DNA from: Ascidiella aspersa
Lineage: Eukaryota
NCBI GenBank assembly: GCA_963924565.1
Contig: OZ004610.1
Coordinates: 7,812,001 to 7,876,000, forward strand
Direction of reading: 5' to 3'
DNA length: 64,000 bases
The position numbers and the translations under genes were made by a program. Position 1 is the stretch's first letter, and each line of letters opens with the position of its first letter. Shown piece after piece: positions 1 through 11,200 of the stretch. The notes under the pieces were generated by a model. It saw nothing but the letters and a program-made list of their open reading frames with translations, made no database searches and was not told where the DNA came from.

Positions 1-3000
1 AAGCCCTGTCAAAATGTAAAATTGTGTAGAAGAATATTTTGAGTTGACTTAGGGACGTAAAGGAATTTTGAACGAATTAAAAAAAGCATAGTTTAAAGGC
101 GTTTTTTATAACGATAGTTAAGTTAAAGTACCTTCCGATTTTTTTTAAATACTACCCTTTTTAATTCGCTAAGCTTATAAGGGAAAGTTAAATTAATTGT
201 TATTAGTGGTTACTAACATGTCAGACGACAAAGCAAGGCATTGTTTGTCCATATCCCGCTGTATAGTTTTACTTGAAAAAACTGAAAACAATGATTCAAA
301 AGGTTTAACACTGCGTCGTGGTTAGGGTTGCTGGTAGCATTAGCATTGTCACAAATTAATCATGGATTGTGAGTTAGAAATGTTCCTGATTGCAATGTCT
401 ACGTTTGTGTGCGACTCGCCTATTTGGAACTACGTAAGTAACTCGCACAAAACGAAATTCCCGAAATAGTAAAGCTTTTATAACCTGAGGTCTTGCAGCA
501 GAAATTGTCTTTTGCTTAATGTTATTCAAGCCTTACGTCGTCGCCCCCCCCCCCCCCCCCCCCTTTGATTTTTATGTTGATAATTTTCTGTCAAATTTAC
601 GATTTTTCTGTTATTCGAACTTTGTTCTTTTAAAGATGCCAAATATGTCAATTTTTGTAGCAGTAAACCCGCTAGTTTTTTTAACCTTATTTTGGGCATA
701 TACATTAAAAACATTCACTAAACAACATGGGGAATTTCTAGATTTTATGCAAAAAACTACCGATATCCGTACTATTAAACTTTTCGGTTTACGAATCAAA
801 GTTTTCGTTTTTTGAGCTCCATTTTTTGTCCGCAGATGAACAACATGGACCCGGACGAGAAGAATCTCTTGGCCAAAGCTGGAATCAAGGACAGCGATTT
901 GCAGGACAAAGAGAAGGCGCAGTTTATTTACAAGTTTATTGAGGACCAGGGCGGAATCGAAGCCATTAAACAGTGAGTTCTCTTGTCTTGTTACTTTATT
1001 TGAAGTTTTCGATTTTTTTTTTGCTTTTGTTAACTTGTGAAAATACACATTGCTTTGCCTTCAAAGGTTTTGCGTGTTTTTTCCTTAAGTATACACGTTG
1101 ATCTGTTTCTAAACATGTATGTATATTTTTTTGTCAAGCAGTTTGTTTGAATTGTCCGTTTAAAAATTGGCTCAAAACTGCAGCCTTTTTCTAAAATGTC
1201 CGTACAACTGTCCAATTTACGACGAACAGTGGCAGACTTGGAATTAGTGGTATTTTAAAAAACTTTTAGATTTTTTTGGGAGTTTTATATTATTGCGGCT
1301 GTCGTAAGTTATATTCTATTTTTTGGTTCGGCCTTTGATATAAAATTTGCGGCTAGACTTATTTTAAATTTTTTTTGGCTTAAATATTTCAGTAAATATG
1401 ATCAAAATTGTCTCCATTTTACAATGTACTTCGATTTGGCCTCTAGCATATTTGTAGTTGTAAAAAAGGTAAACCACACCAAATTTTACCTCAAATGACC
1501 TATTGCAATTTTTCAGGGACACAAAGCGCGTCAGTGGCCCACCGCCGGCCCCACCGACCCAAGGGGGACCCGGGGGTCCGCCGCCTCCCCCTAGGAGAAA
1601 CGACGGGCCACCTCCCCCACCATTGCGCCAAAACGCCGGAGGCCCCCCTCCGCCACCCCCACAACGCCGTCAACCCTCTTCACAGCCCCCGCCACCCCCG
1701 AGCAGTAGGGGTCATCGAGGGGGACCCCCGCCGCCCCAAAGGTCGGAACCGCCCCCGCCCCCTTTTAGGGGCATGGATTCGATGCCCCCGCCGCCACCTC
1801 AAGGGGGTGTTCCCCCTCCGCCCCCAATGGGAAGCATTTTAGTGCCTAATTGAAATCTTGGTGGTTAATTGAAAAATTATATTTTTTTTTCAAAAAACAG
1901 AGTTCAATTATAAAGAAAAGAAACCCTTAGGCGTCTTCTCCTTGACTGTATTTAGGTCTACTTTTGTTTCAAGTTAGCTGGGCCGAAGACAGCATTTTTT
2001 AAGTCAAATTGATTATGATTTCACTTAAAAAAAACGAAAGAAACAATATATTTTTCTCTTTTCAGGCACGTCGGTCACGTGGGCTGGGATCCCAACAAAG
2101 GATTTGACGTAAGTTGGCAACATTTGTAAAAACTACTGGATTCTATCCGATAGCTGTAGTCGTTATCATAAATTAATTAATAACACGACAGCTTATTAAA
2201 GTGGATTTACTATCTTAATTCTAATCAATGCAAATACATACAAAACAATGGTATTAAAACTAAAACAGCATCAGTGTAAGTTCAACATCATTACCAAAAA
2301 AACAATAAATAACTAACAAGGCGATCACCTACCGCATACACCAACTTCCGCCACGGACAACTACAATGTCAAGGCACGATATGTTCAGTTACCTTTAAGC
2401 GAAAATAATAGAACGCTTATACACAATTAAATTATTTATAAAACTTACACTGGAATGCGCAAGGTTAACAATTGTTTTCAACTAATTAATCGCCCGGTCA
2501 TCGCTTTTAAGGGAATGATCATAATGTAAAAATAAGCTTTTCAGTCTTAAATTTTTTACATCGTAATTTCAAGACATGGTCTTGTCGCGAAAAGCCTATG
2601 GCAAATTCATACCCAACATTGTTTTCAATAAACTGCTTTACTTATATGTATTCCATTGCTCAAATAAATCCCTTGACTAACTTCTTTACTGCCACCAACT
2701 AGAAATAAAAAGTATTTATCTCAGCCGGTTAGTTTCAATTGGGTCAACTGTAACGTTTTCTTTTTTTGAAGAAATTTCCAGCGAATTGCTGCTATTTGTT
2801 TAAATGGTCTTGCCTTTTACAATGGAGAGACCGAGCCCTTGTTGTACAATACATTTATTTTTACACTATAATTTTTCATCCCTTTTTCGTGTAAGTTTGC
2901 ACCATTATTGCAATCGCTATGTGACAAACAAAAATGGGCCTATTTGTTAAGTATAGTTTAATTTCTCTTTTTGGCATCTGTCTTTCAAATGTACGTTATG

Positions 3001-6000
3001 TCACAAAATGGTGCGCGGTTATTTCACCTGCAACTAGCTTCAAGTTTGGCATTTTGATAAATTTCCAAACGTCGAAAGCAACGACGTTGTGTTTCCTTGG
3101 CTTTAAACGCCTGATTATCGCCATTAATCCCTTCACGACTGGTCAAAGTCGTATCACACGACATATGGCATTTTATTTTTGTTTTGTCGCTTAATTGATG
3201 CAGTTGAGAGATCTTACAGCATTCGTTCAATTGTGAGTTCTTAGACATTGGTTTAGTTGTGAGACGTTCAGCGAATTGTTTTTCTTGCGTTTTCGTTGCG
3301 ACATTAGTTCAGGCAAATTAGTTAAAGAAACATCTCTAGTTTAAGAATACGTAAAGCCCTGTCGAAATGTAAAATTGTGTAGAAGAATATTTTGAGTTGA
3401 CTTAGGGACGTAAAGGAATTTTGAACGAATTAAAAAAAGCATAGTTTAAAGGCGTTTTTTTATAACGATAGTTAAGTTAAAGTACCTTCCGATTTTTTTT
3501 AAATACTACCCTTTTTAATTCGCTAAGCTTATAAGGGAAAGTTAAATTAATTGTTATTAGTGGTTACTAACATGTCAGACGACAAAGCAAGGCATTGTTT
3601 GTCCATATCCCGCTGTATAGTTTTACTTGAAAAAAACTGAAAACAATGATTCAAAAGGTTTAACACTGCGTCGTGGTTAGGGTTGCTGGTAGCATTAGCA
3701 TTGTCACAAATTAATCATGGATTGTGAGTTAGAAATGTTCCTGATTGCAATGTCTACGTTTGTGTGCGACTCGCCTATTTGGAACTACGTAAGTAACTCG
3801 CACAAAACGAAATTCCCGAAATAGTAAAGCTTTTATAACCTGAGGTCTTGCAGCAGAAATTGTCTTTTGCTTAATGTTATTCAAGCCTTACGTCGTCGCC
3901 CCCCCCCCCCCCCCCCTTTGATTTTTATGTTGATAATTTTCTGTCAAATTTACGATTTTTCTGTTATTCGAACTTTGTTCTTTTAAACTTGCCAAATATG
4001 TCAATTTTTGTAGCAGTAAACCCGCTAGTTTTTTAACCTTATTTTGGGCATATACATTAAAAACATTCACTAAACAACATAGGGAATTTCTAGATTTTAT
4101 GCAAAAAACTACCGATATCCGTACTATTAAACTTTTCGGTTTACGAGTCAAAGTTTTCGTTTTTTGAGCTCCATTTTTTGTCCGCAGATGAACAACATGG
4201 ACCCGGACGTGAAGAATCTCTTCGCCAAAGCTGGAATCAAGGACAGCGATTTGCAGGACAAAGAGAAGGCGCAGTTTACTTACAAGTTTATTGAGGACCA
4301 GGGCGGCATCGAAGCCATTATACAGTGAGTTCTCTTGTCTTGTTACTTTATTTGAAATTTTCGATTTTTTTTTTGCTTTTGTTAACTTGTGAAAATACAC
4401 ATTGCTTTGCCTTCAAAGGTTTTGCGTGTTTTTTCCTTAAGTATACACGTTGATCTGTTTCTAAACATGTATGTATATTTTTTTGTCAAGCAGTTTGTTT
4501 GAATTGTCCGTTTAAAAATTGGCTCAAAACTGCAGCCTTTTTCTAAAATGTCCGTACAACTGTCCAATTTGCGACGAACAGTGGCAGACTTGGAATTAGT
4601 GGTATTTTAAAAAACTTTTAGATTTTTTTGGGAGTTTTATATTATTGCGGCTGTCGTAAGTTATATTCTATTTTTTGGTTCGGCCTTTGATATAAAATTT
4701 GCGGCTAGACTTATTTTAAATTTTTTTTGGCTTAAATATTTCAGTAAATATGATCAAAATTGTCTCCATTTTACAGTGTACTTCGATTTGGCCTCTAGCA
4801 TATTTGTAGTTGTAAAAAAGGTAAACCACACCAAATTTTACCTCAAATGACCTATTGCAATTTTTCAGTGACACAAAGCGCGTCAGTGGCCCACCGCCGG
4901 CCCCACCGACCCGAGGGGGACCCGGGGGTCCGCCGCCTCCCCCTAGGAGAAACGACGGGCCTCCTCCCCCACCATTGCGCCAAAACGCCGGAGGCCCCCC
5001 TCCGCCACCCCCACAACGCCGTCAACCCTCTTCACAGCCCCCGCCACCCCCGAGCAGTAGGGGTCATCGAGGGGGACCCCCGCCGCCCCAAAGGTCGGAA
5101 CCGCCCCCGCCCCCTTTTAGGGGCATGGATTCGATGCCCCCGCCGCCACCTCAAGGGGGTGTTCCCCCTCCGCCCCCAATGGGAAGCATTTTAGTGCCTA
5201 ATTGAAATCTTGGTGGTTGATTGAAAAATTATATTTTTTTTTCAAAAAACAGAGTTCAATTATAAAGAAAAGAAACCCTTAGGCGTCTTCTCCTTGACTG
5301 TATTTAGGTCTACTTCTGTTTCAAGTTAGCTGGGCCGAAGACAGCATTTTTTAAGTCAAATTGATTATGATTTCACTTAAAAAAACGAAAGAAACAATAT
5401 ATTTTTCTCTTTTCAGGCACGTCGGTCACGTGGGCTGGGACCCCAACAAAGGATTTGACGTAAGTTGGCAACATTTGTAAAAACTACTGGATTCTATCCG
5501 ATAGCTGTAGTCGTTATCATAAATTAATTAATAACACGACAGCTTATTAAAGTGGATTTACTATCTTAATTCTAATCAATGCAAATACATACAAAACAAT
5601 GGTATTAAAACTAAAACAGCATCAGTGTAAGTTCAACATCATTACCAAAAAAACAATAAATAACTAACAAGGCGATCACCTACCGCATACACCAACTTCC
5701 GCCACGGACAACTACATTGTCAAGGCACAATATGTTCAGTTATCTTTAAGCGAAAATAATAGAACGCTTATACACAATTAAATTATTTATAAAACTTACA
5801 CTGGAATGCGCAAGGTTAACAATTGTTTTCAACTAATTAATCGCCCGGTCATCGCTTTTAAGGGAATGATCATCATGTAAAAATAAGCTTTTCAGTCTTA
5901 AATTTTTTACATCGTAATTTCAAGACATGGTCTTGTCGCGAAAAGCCTATGGCAAATTCTTACCCAACATTGTTTTCAATAAACTGCTTTACTTATATGT

Positions 6001-8209
6001 ATTCCATTGCTCAAATAAATTCCTTGACTAACTTCTTTACTGCCACCAACTAGAAATAAAAAGTATTTATCTCAGCCGGTTAGTTTCAATTGGGTCAACT
6101 GTAACGTTTTCTTTTTTTGAAGAAATTTCCAGCGAATTGCTGCTATTTGTTTAAATGGTCTTGCCTTTTACAATGGAGAGACCGAGCCCTTGTTGTACAA
6201 TACATTTATTTTTACACTATAATTTTTCATCCCTTTTTCGTGTAAGTTTGCACCATTATTGCAATCGCTATGTGAAAAACAAAAATGGGCCTATTTGTTA
6301 AGTATAGTTTAATTTCTCTTTTTGGCATCTGTCTTTCAAATGTACGTTATGTCACAAAATGGTGCGCGGTTATTTCACCTGCAACTAGCTTCAAGTTTGG
6401 CATTTTGATAAATTTCCAAGCATCGAAAGCAACGACGTTGTGTTTCCTTGGCTTTAAACGCCTGATTATCGCCATTAATCCCTTCACGACTGGTCAAAGT
6501 CGTATTCCACGACATATGGCATTTTATTTTTGTTTTGTTTTTGTTAATCGATGCAATTGAGAGATCTTACAGCATTCGTTCAATTGTGAGTTCTTAGACA
6601 TTGGTTTAGTTGTGAGACGTTCAGCGAATTGTTTTTCTTGCGTTTTCGTTGCGACATTAGTTCAGGCAAATTAGTTAAAGAAACATCTCTAGTTTAAGAA
6701 TACGTAAAGCCCTGTCAAAATGTAAAATTGTGTAGAAGAATATTTTGAGTTGACTTAGGGACGTAAAGGAATTTTGAACGAATTAAAAAAAGCATAGTTT
6801 AAAGGCGTTGTTTATAACGATAGTTAAGTTAAAGTACCTTCCGATTTTTTTTAAATGCCACCCTTTTTAATTCGCTAAGCTTATAAGGGAAAGTTAAATT
6901 AATTGTTATTAGTGGTTACTAACATGTCAGACGACAAAGCAAGGCATTGTTTGTCCATATCCCGCTGTATAGTTTTACTTGAAAAAAACTGAAAACAATG
7001 ATTCAAAAGGTTTAACACTGCGTCGTGGTTAGGGTTGCTGGTAGCATTAGCATTGTCACAAATTAATCATGGATTGTGAGTTAGAAATGTTCCTGATTGC
7101 AATGTCTACGTTTGTGTGCGACTCGCCTATTTGGAACTACGTAAGTAACACGCACAAAACGAAATTCCCGAAATAGTAAAGCTTTTATAACCTGAGGTCT
7201 TGCAGCAGAAATTGTATTTTCTTAATGTTATTCAAGCCTTACGTCGCCCCCCCCCCCCCCCCCCTTCCCCCTTTGATTTTTATTTTGATAATTTTCTGTC
7301 AAATTTACGATTTTTCTGTTATTCGAACTTTGTTCTTTTAAACATGCCAAATATGTCAATTTTTGTAGCAGTTAACCCGCTAGTTTTTTAACCTTATTTT
7401 GGGCATATACATTAAAAACATTCACTAAACAACATAGGGAATTTCTAGATTTTATGCAAAAATTAACCGATATCCGTACTATTAAACTATTCGGTTTACG
7501 AGTCAAAGTTTTCGTTTTTTGAGCTCCATTTTTTGTCCGCAGATGAACAACATGGACCCGGACGTGAAGAATCTCTTCGCCAAAGCTGGAATCAAGGACA
7601 GCGATTTGGAGGACAAAGAGACGGCGCAGTTTATTTACAAGTTTATTGAGGACCAGGGCGGCATCGAAGCCATTATACAGTGAGTTCTCTTGTCTTGTTA
7701 CTTTATTTGAAGTTTTCGATTTTTTTTTTGCTTTTGTTAACTTGTGAAAATACACATTGCTTTGCCTTCAAAGGTTTTGCGTGTTTTTTCCTTAAGTATA
7801 CACGTTGATCTGTTTCTAAACATGTATGTATATTTTTTTGTCAAGCAGTTTGTTTGAATTGTCCGTTTAAAAATTGGCTCAAAACTGCAGCCTTTTTCTA
7901 TGTGGCCCACCGCCGGCCCCACCGACCCGAGGAGGACCCGGGGGTCCGCCGCCTCCCCCTAGGAGAAACAACGGGCCACCCCCTCCCCCACCATCGCGCC
8001 AAAGCGCCGGAGGCCCCCCTCCGCCACCCCCACAACGCCGTCAACCCTCTGCACAGCCCCCGCCACCCCCGAGCAGTAGGGGTCATCGAGGGGGACCCCC
8101 GCCGCTCCAAAGGTCCGAACCGCCCCCGCCCCCTTTTAGGGGCATGGATTCGATGCCCCCGCCGCCACCTCAAGGGGGTGTTCCCCCTCCGCCCCCAATG
8201 GGAAGCATT
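1..8209 (+). repeat. Tandem segmental triplication, period ~3353 bp, covering WASP CRIB-3', GBD and partial proline-rich exons
   Basis: The sequence at position 1 (aagccctgtc) recurs at 3354 and 6707 and the copies are roughly 99% identical by eye. Junctions fall inside the Pro-rich exon at 1838/1839 and 5190/5191 (ggaagcatt|ttagtgcc). The third copy continues into unique sequence at 8210 and has a ~340-bp deletion at 7900/7901. The first copy is cut by the window edge. Confidence 0.97.
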
Positions 8210-11200
8210 CCACCCCCTCCCCCGGCCCCCACATCTGGGTCGACGCCTCCTCCTCCCCCCTCTGGTGGGGGTGGGGGCGGGGGCCGAGGGGCCCTGCTTT
8301 CCGCCATTCGTCAAGGGGTGAGTTGATTGCTGTTTTTTTTTTATATAAAACTGTCAACATAGAATGAATACCAAAGTCCATACAGAAGTAGGTAGAATAT
8401 TTTTGAATCTACTGAATAATTCTTTATTCATTTTTAACATGCCATACCTGATTCTGTATGGGCTTTGATATATTTATTCTATGTTTTTTAACTAAAACCT
8501 CCAGCCTTTGCGCTATAAACTGTAAACTTTATGTTGTTTTTACATCTTTTTTAACTCTTCAAAATTTGAAAAAACACAAAGAAAGACAATAACCTAATAA
8601 CAAAATTTCAACCTCCGCACGATTAGAGCAAGCCACCTAAACGATTTCCTTGTTCTCCGTATAGACCGGACTCAAGCCTCCAGGAGAGCGAGCCGTCGGA
8701 GGAGGAGGCGGAGGAGGTGGTGGTGGAGGGAGAGGAGCACTCCTCGATCAGATCAGGCTGGGAGCCGCTCTCAAGAAGCCGGTGAGTGTTTGTTGATATA
8801 CTATCCAGGTGCAGCCAACTTATGTTTAAATTCGATCGACTAAAATATTTTTCAGAGACTCTCGATCGACTGGTTCGGTAAAAACAGTTCTTAAGCGTTA
8901 ATTGCATTCCAAGCCAGCGATGGAGGTTAATTTGTTAAGTCAAATAACGTGTTACATCGCAAATCTACATTTTTGTAAACTGTTCCCCTTTCCGTGTAAT
9001 TTAAATGGTTAAAAACACCGCCTCATGCGGTCACGATGTCGCCTCGTTTTTTGTTAGAAACGTAGCCGTTTTGTTTGATGAGTTTTTAAGCTGCTAATGT
9101 TTTATTGTTAATGCCTTTGCAGAAGTAATTTAAAACCTAAATTTGACCAAACTGTGTGAAGTTACATTTTCTGTGTATTTGAACGCAAGCTGATATTTTG
9201 GTAAGTGTTGTGTTGACTGTTGTAAGTGTACATGTAAACATAACTCAGTGTGTAGTAATTGTAAGAATTGTCATTATTGTTCATTGTTACGGCAATTGTT
9301 TTCATTGTGCCAACAATAACTAACCTAAATATCATGTAATTATTACAGTTTGGCTTCGTACCGACACACATTAAATTGAAGACCCAGGCACAAACGTTTC
9401 GGTGAGATTTGTGCTATTTGCTGTTTTGTGTTGAAATATGTATATATAATTTGCCTATTCGTTGATTTTAGAAAACCGCTCACTCGCCTACATAATTGCT
9501 CGTCCTGCCATTTCAAGCCTTTAAAGCGTGTCAATAATAAAGTTTTGGTTAGATGCTTTTGTGGAGTCTTTGGGGGAGAGAACTGTGTAGGAGGGCGCGT
9601 TTTTGAATCCTCAAACCTGAAGTACCCGTTTGGGCGTCTGCGTAGGCCTGGACGCAGAAGTAGACGCTACATTCGAAGTTTTCGAAACGTTTTTTGTAAA
9701 CGTTTTGCACCGAAGATTTTGAAACGTTTTTTGTAAACGTTTTCAACTGAAGAACAGGCCATATTGCCCACAATGCCCGGAAGTGAGAGTGGACATTCTA
9801 TATAGATCTTCTCCTGTGAATAGGAGAACAGTTCAGCTACATAAACATGCTGCACCCTCAATGCAGGAACTTAAGCATGATAAAGATCTGCTGAATGACT
9901 GGTACAGAACTGCCGAAAATGCAATGATGTATAAAGATGCATCATTGGTAAAATCAGTTACTAAACGAATAGAAGAAGTCTCAGTGCGTCTAATAAATTA
10001 TTATTCAAAGTTTTTGGACTGGTTACCACCTGGTGAAAAGCATGATGATTTCCAGCAGCAATTATGTGGAGTCATTCATGGCAAAATGGAAATGGAAAAT
10101 AGAATTAGGCAGTTTGAACAAAAGCTGATAGATAACATTGGACATGACCTTACTTCGAGTTCCTTGACATTTCTAACATCTCCTGTTGCTCAACGAACAA
10201 TTTCAGCTGTAAAGCATTTACCTGTTGCTAGTGAAAGCTCACACTCTTTGAAGTCTACACATAATTCTGGAAGTGTCGCAAAGACTGTGTCAAGTACCTC
10301 ATCCAGTACAAAGAGACTTGAAGCTAAAGTTAGACTTGAGAAGGCACGGGTAAGAACATCTCATGTTGAAAAGGAACAGAAACTTGAAACTGAAAAGCTG
10401 AAACTTGAAGCAGAACTTAAAGCCCAAAGCCAGAAACTTGAAGCTGAAAGTCGAAAACTTGCAGCACGAAGGAAACTTGAAGAAGCAGAAGCCGAAGTTA
10501 AAGTGTGGGAGACAGCGTCAAGGCTGTCTGTAGAAGATCATGATGAAGCACATGTTAATACCTGTGATCCTCTCGTTCCAAAATCACCTAATGAAATCGT
10601 TTCTGAAGATGATGTCCGTTCTCCATTTAAACTGGTTCTGCCTCAGTCTACCGTTACACAGGAGCACAAACATGATTATGATCCCCCAGCTAAGGAGGAA
10701 GTGACACAAAGGGAAAGTAATGCTGTAGTTCGTGGAATTATGACTGCAGTTGGAGAAGCAATGTACACCCCCAAAACGGATGCTGTAAAGTTTAATGGAG
10801 AACCAATGGAATATTGGCCATTCATCAGAAGTTTCGAAACAATGATAGAGAAGAAGGCACCATCTGACCAGGTGAAATTAAATTATCTGTTGGGCCATTG
10901 TAAAGGAAAAGCATATTCTCTTATAGAGCATTGTACAGTTTTACCCCCAAGTGATGGATACAATGAGGCTCGATCCATATTATATGATAATTTTGGTAAA
11001 CCTTATATTGTTTCGAGGGCGTTTGTTCGCCAACTTACCAGCGGACCTAACCTTAAACCTGATGATTCAGATGGCTTGCAGCATTTTGCTACTTCATTGC
11101 GAAAATGCCTTTTAATTTTGAAAGGTTTAGGAAATTTCAGTGACCTAAATACTACTGATCGCCTAGTAGAGTTAGTACTCAAACTACCCTACAGTTCACA

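Noticed and set aside
611-1048. Minus-strand ORFs repeated in each tandem unit (611-1048, 3888-4400, 7372-7755)
   Set aside because: They are antisense shadows of the WASP GBD exon and intron; lengths vary between copies through indels and no domain is recognisable.
1495-1842. Alternative-frame Arg/His/Pro-rich ORFs over the Pro-rich exons
   Set aside because: By-product of GC-rich proline codons; splice phase supports the polyproline frame.
9571-9590. PPT-like gggggagagaa followed shortly by TG inside each LTR, suggesting a nested element
   Set aside because: Present identically in both LTRs with no second TSD or internal domain, so it is simply LTR sequence.
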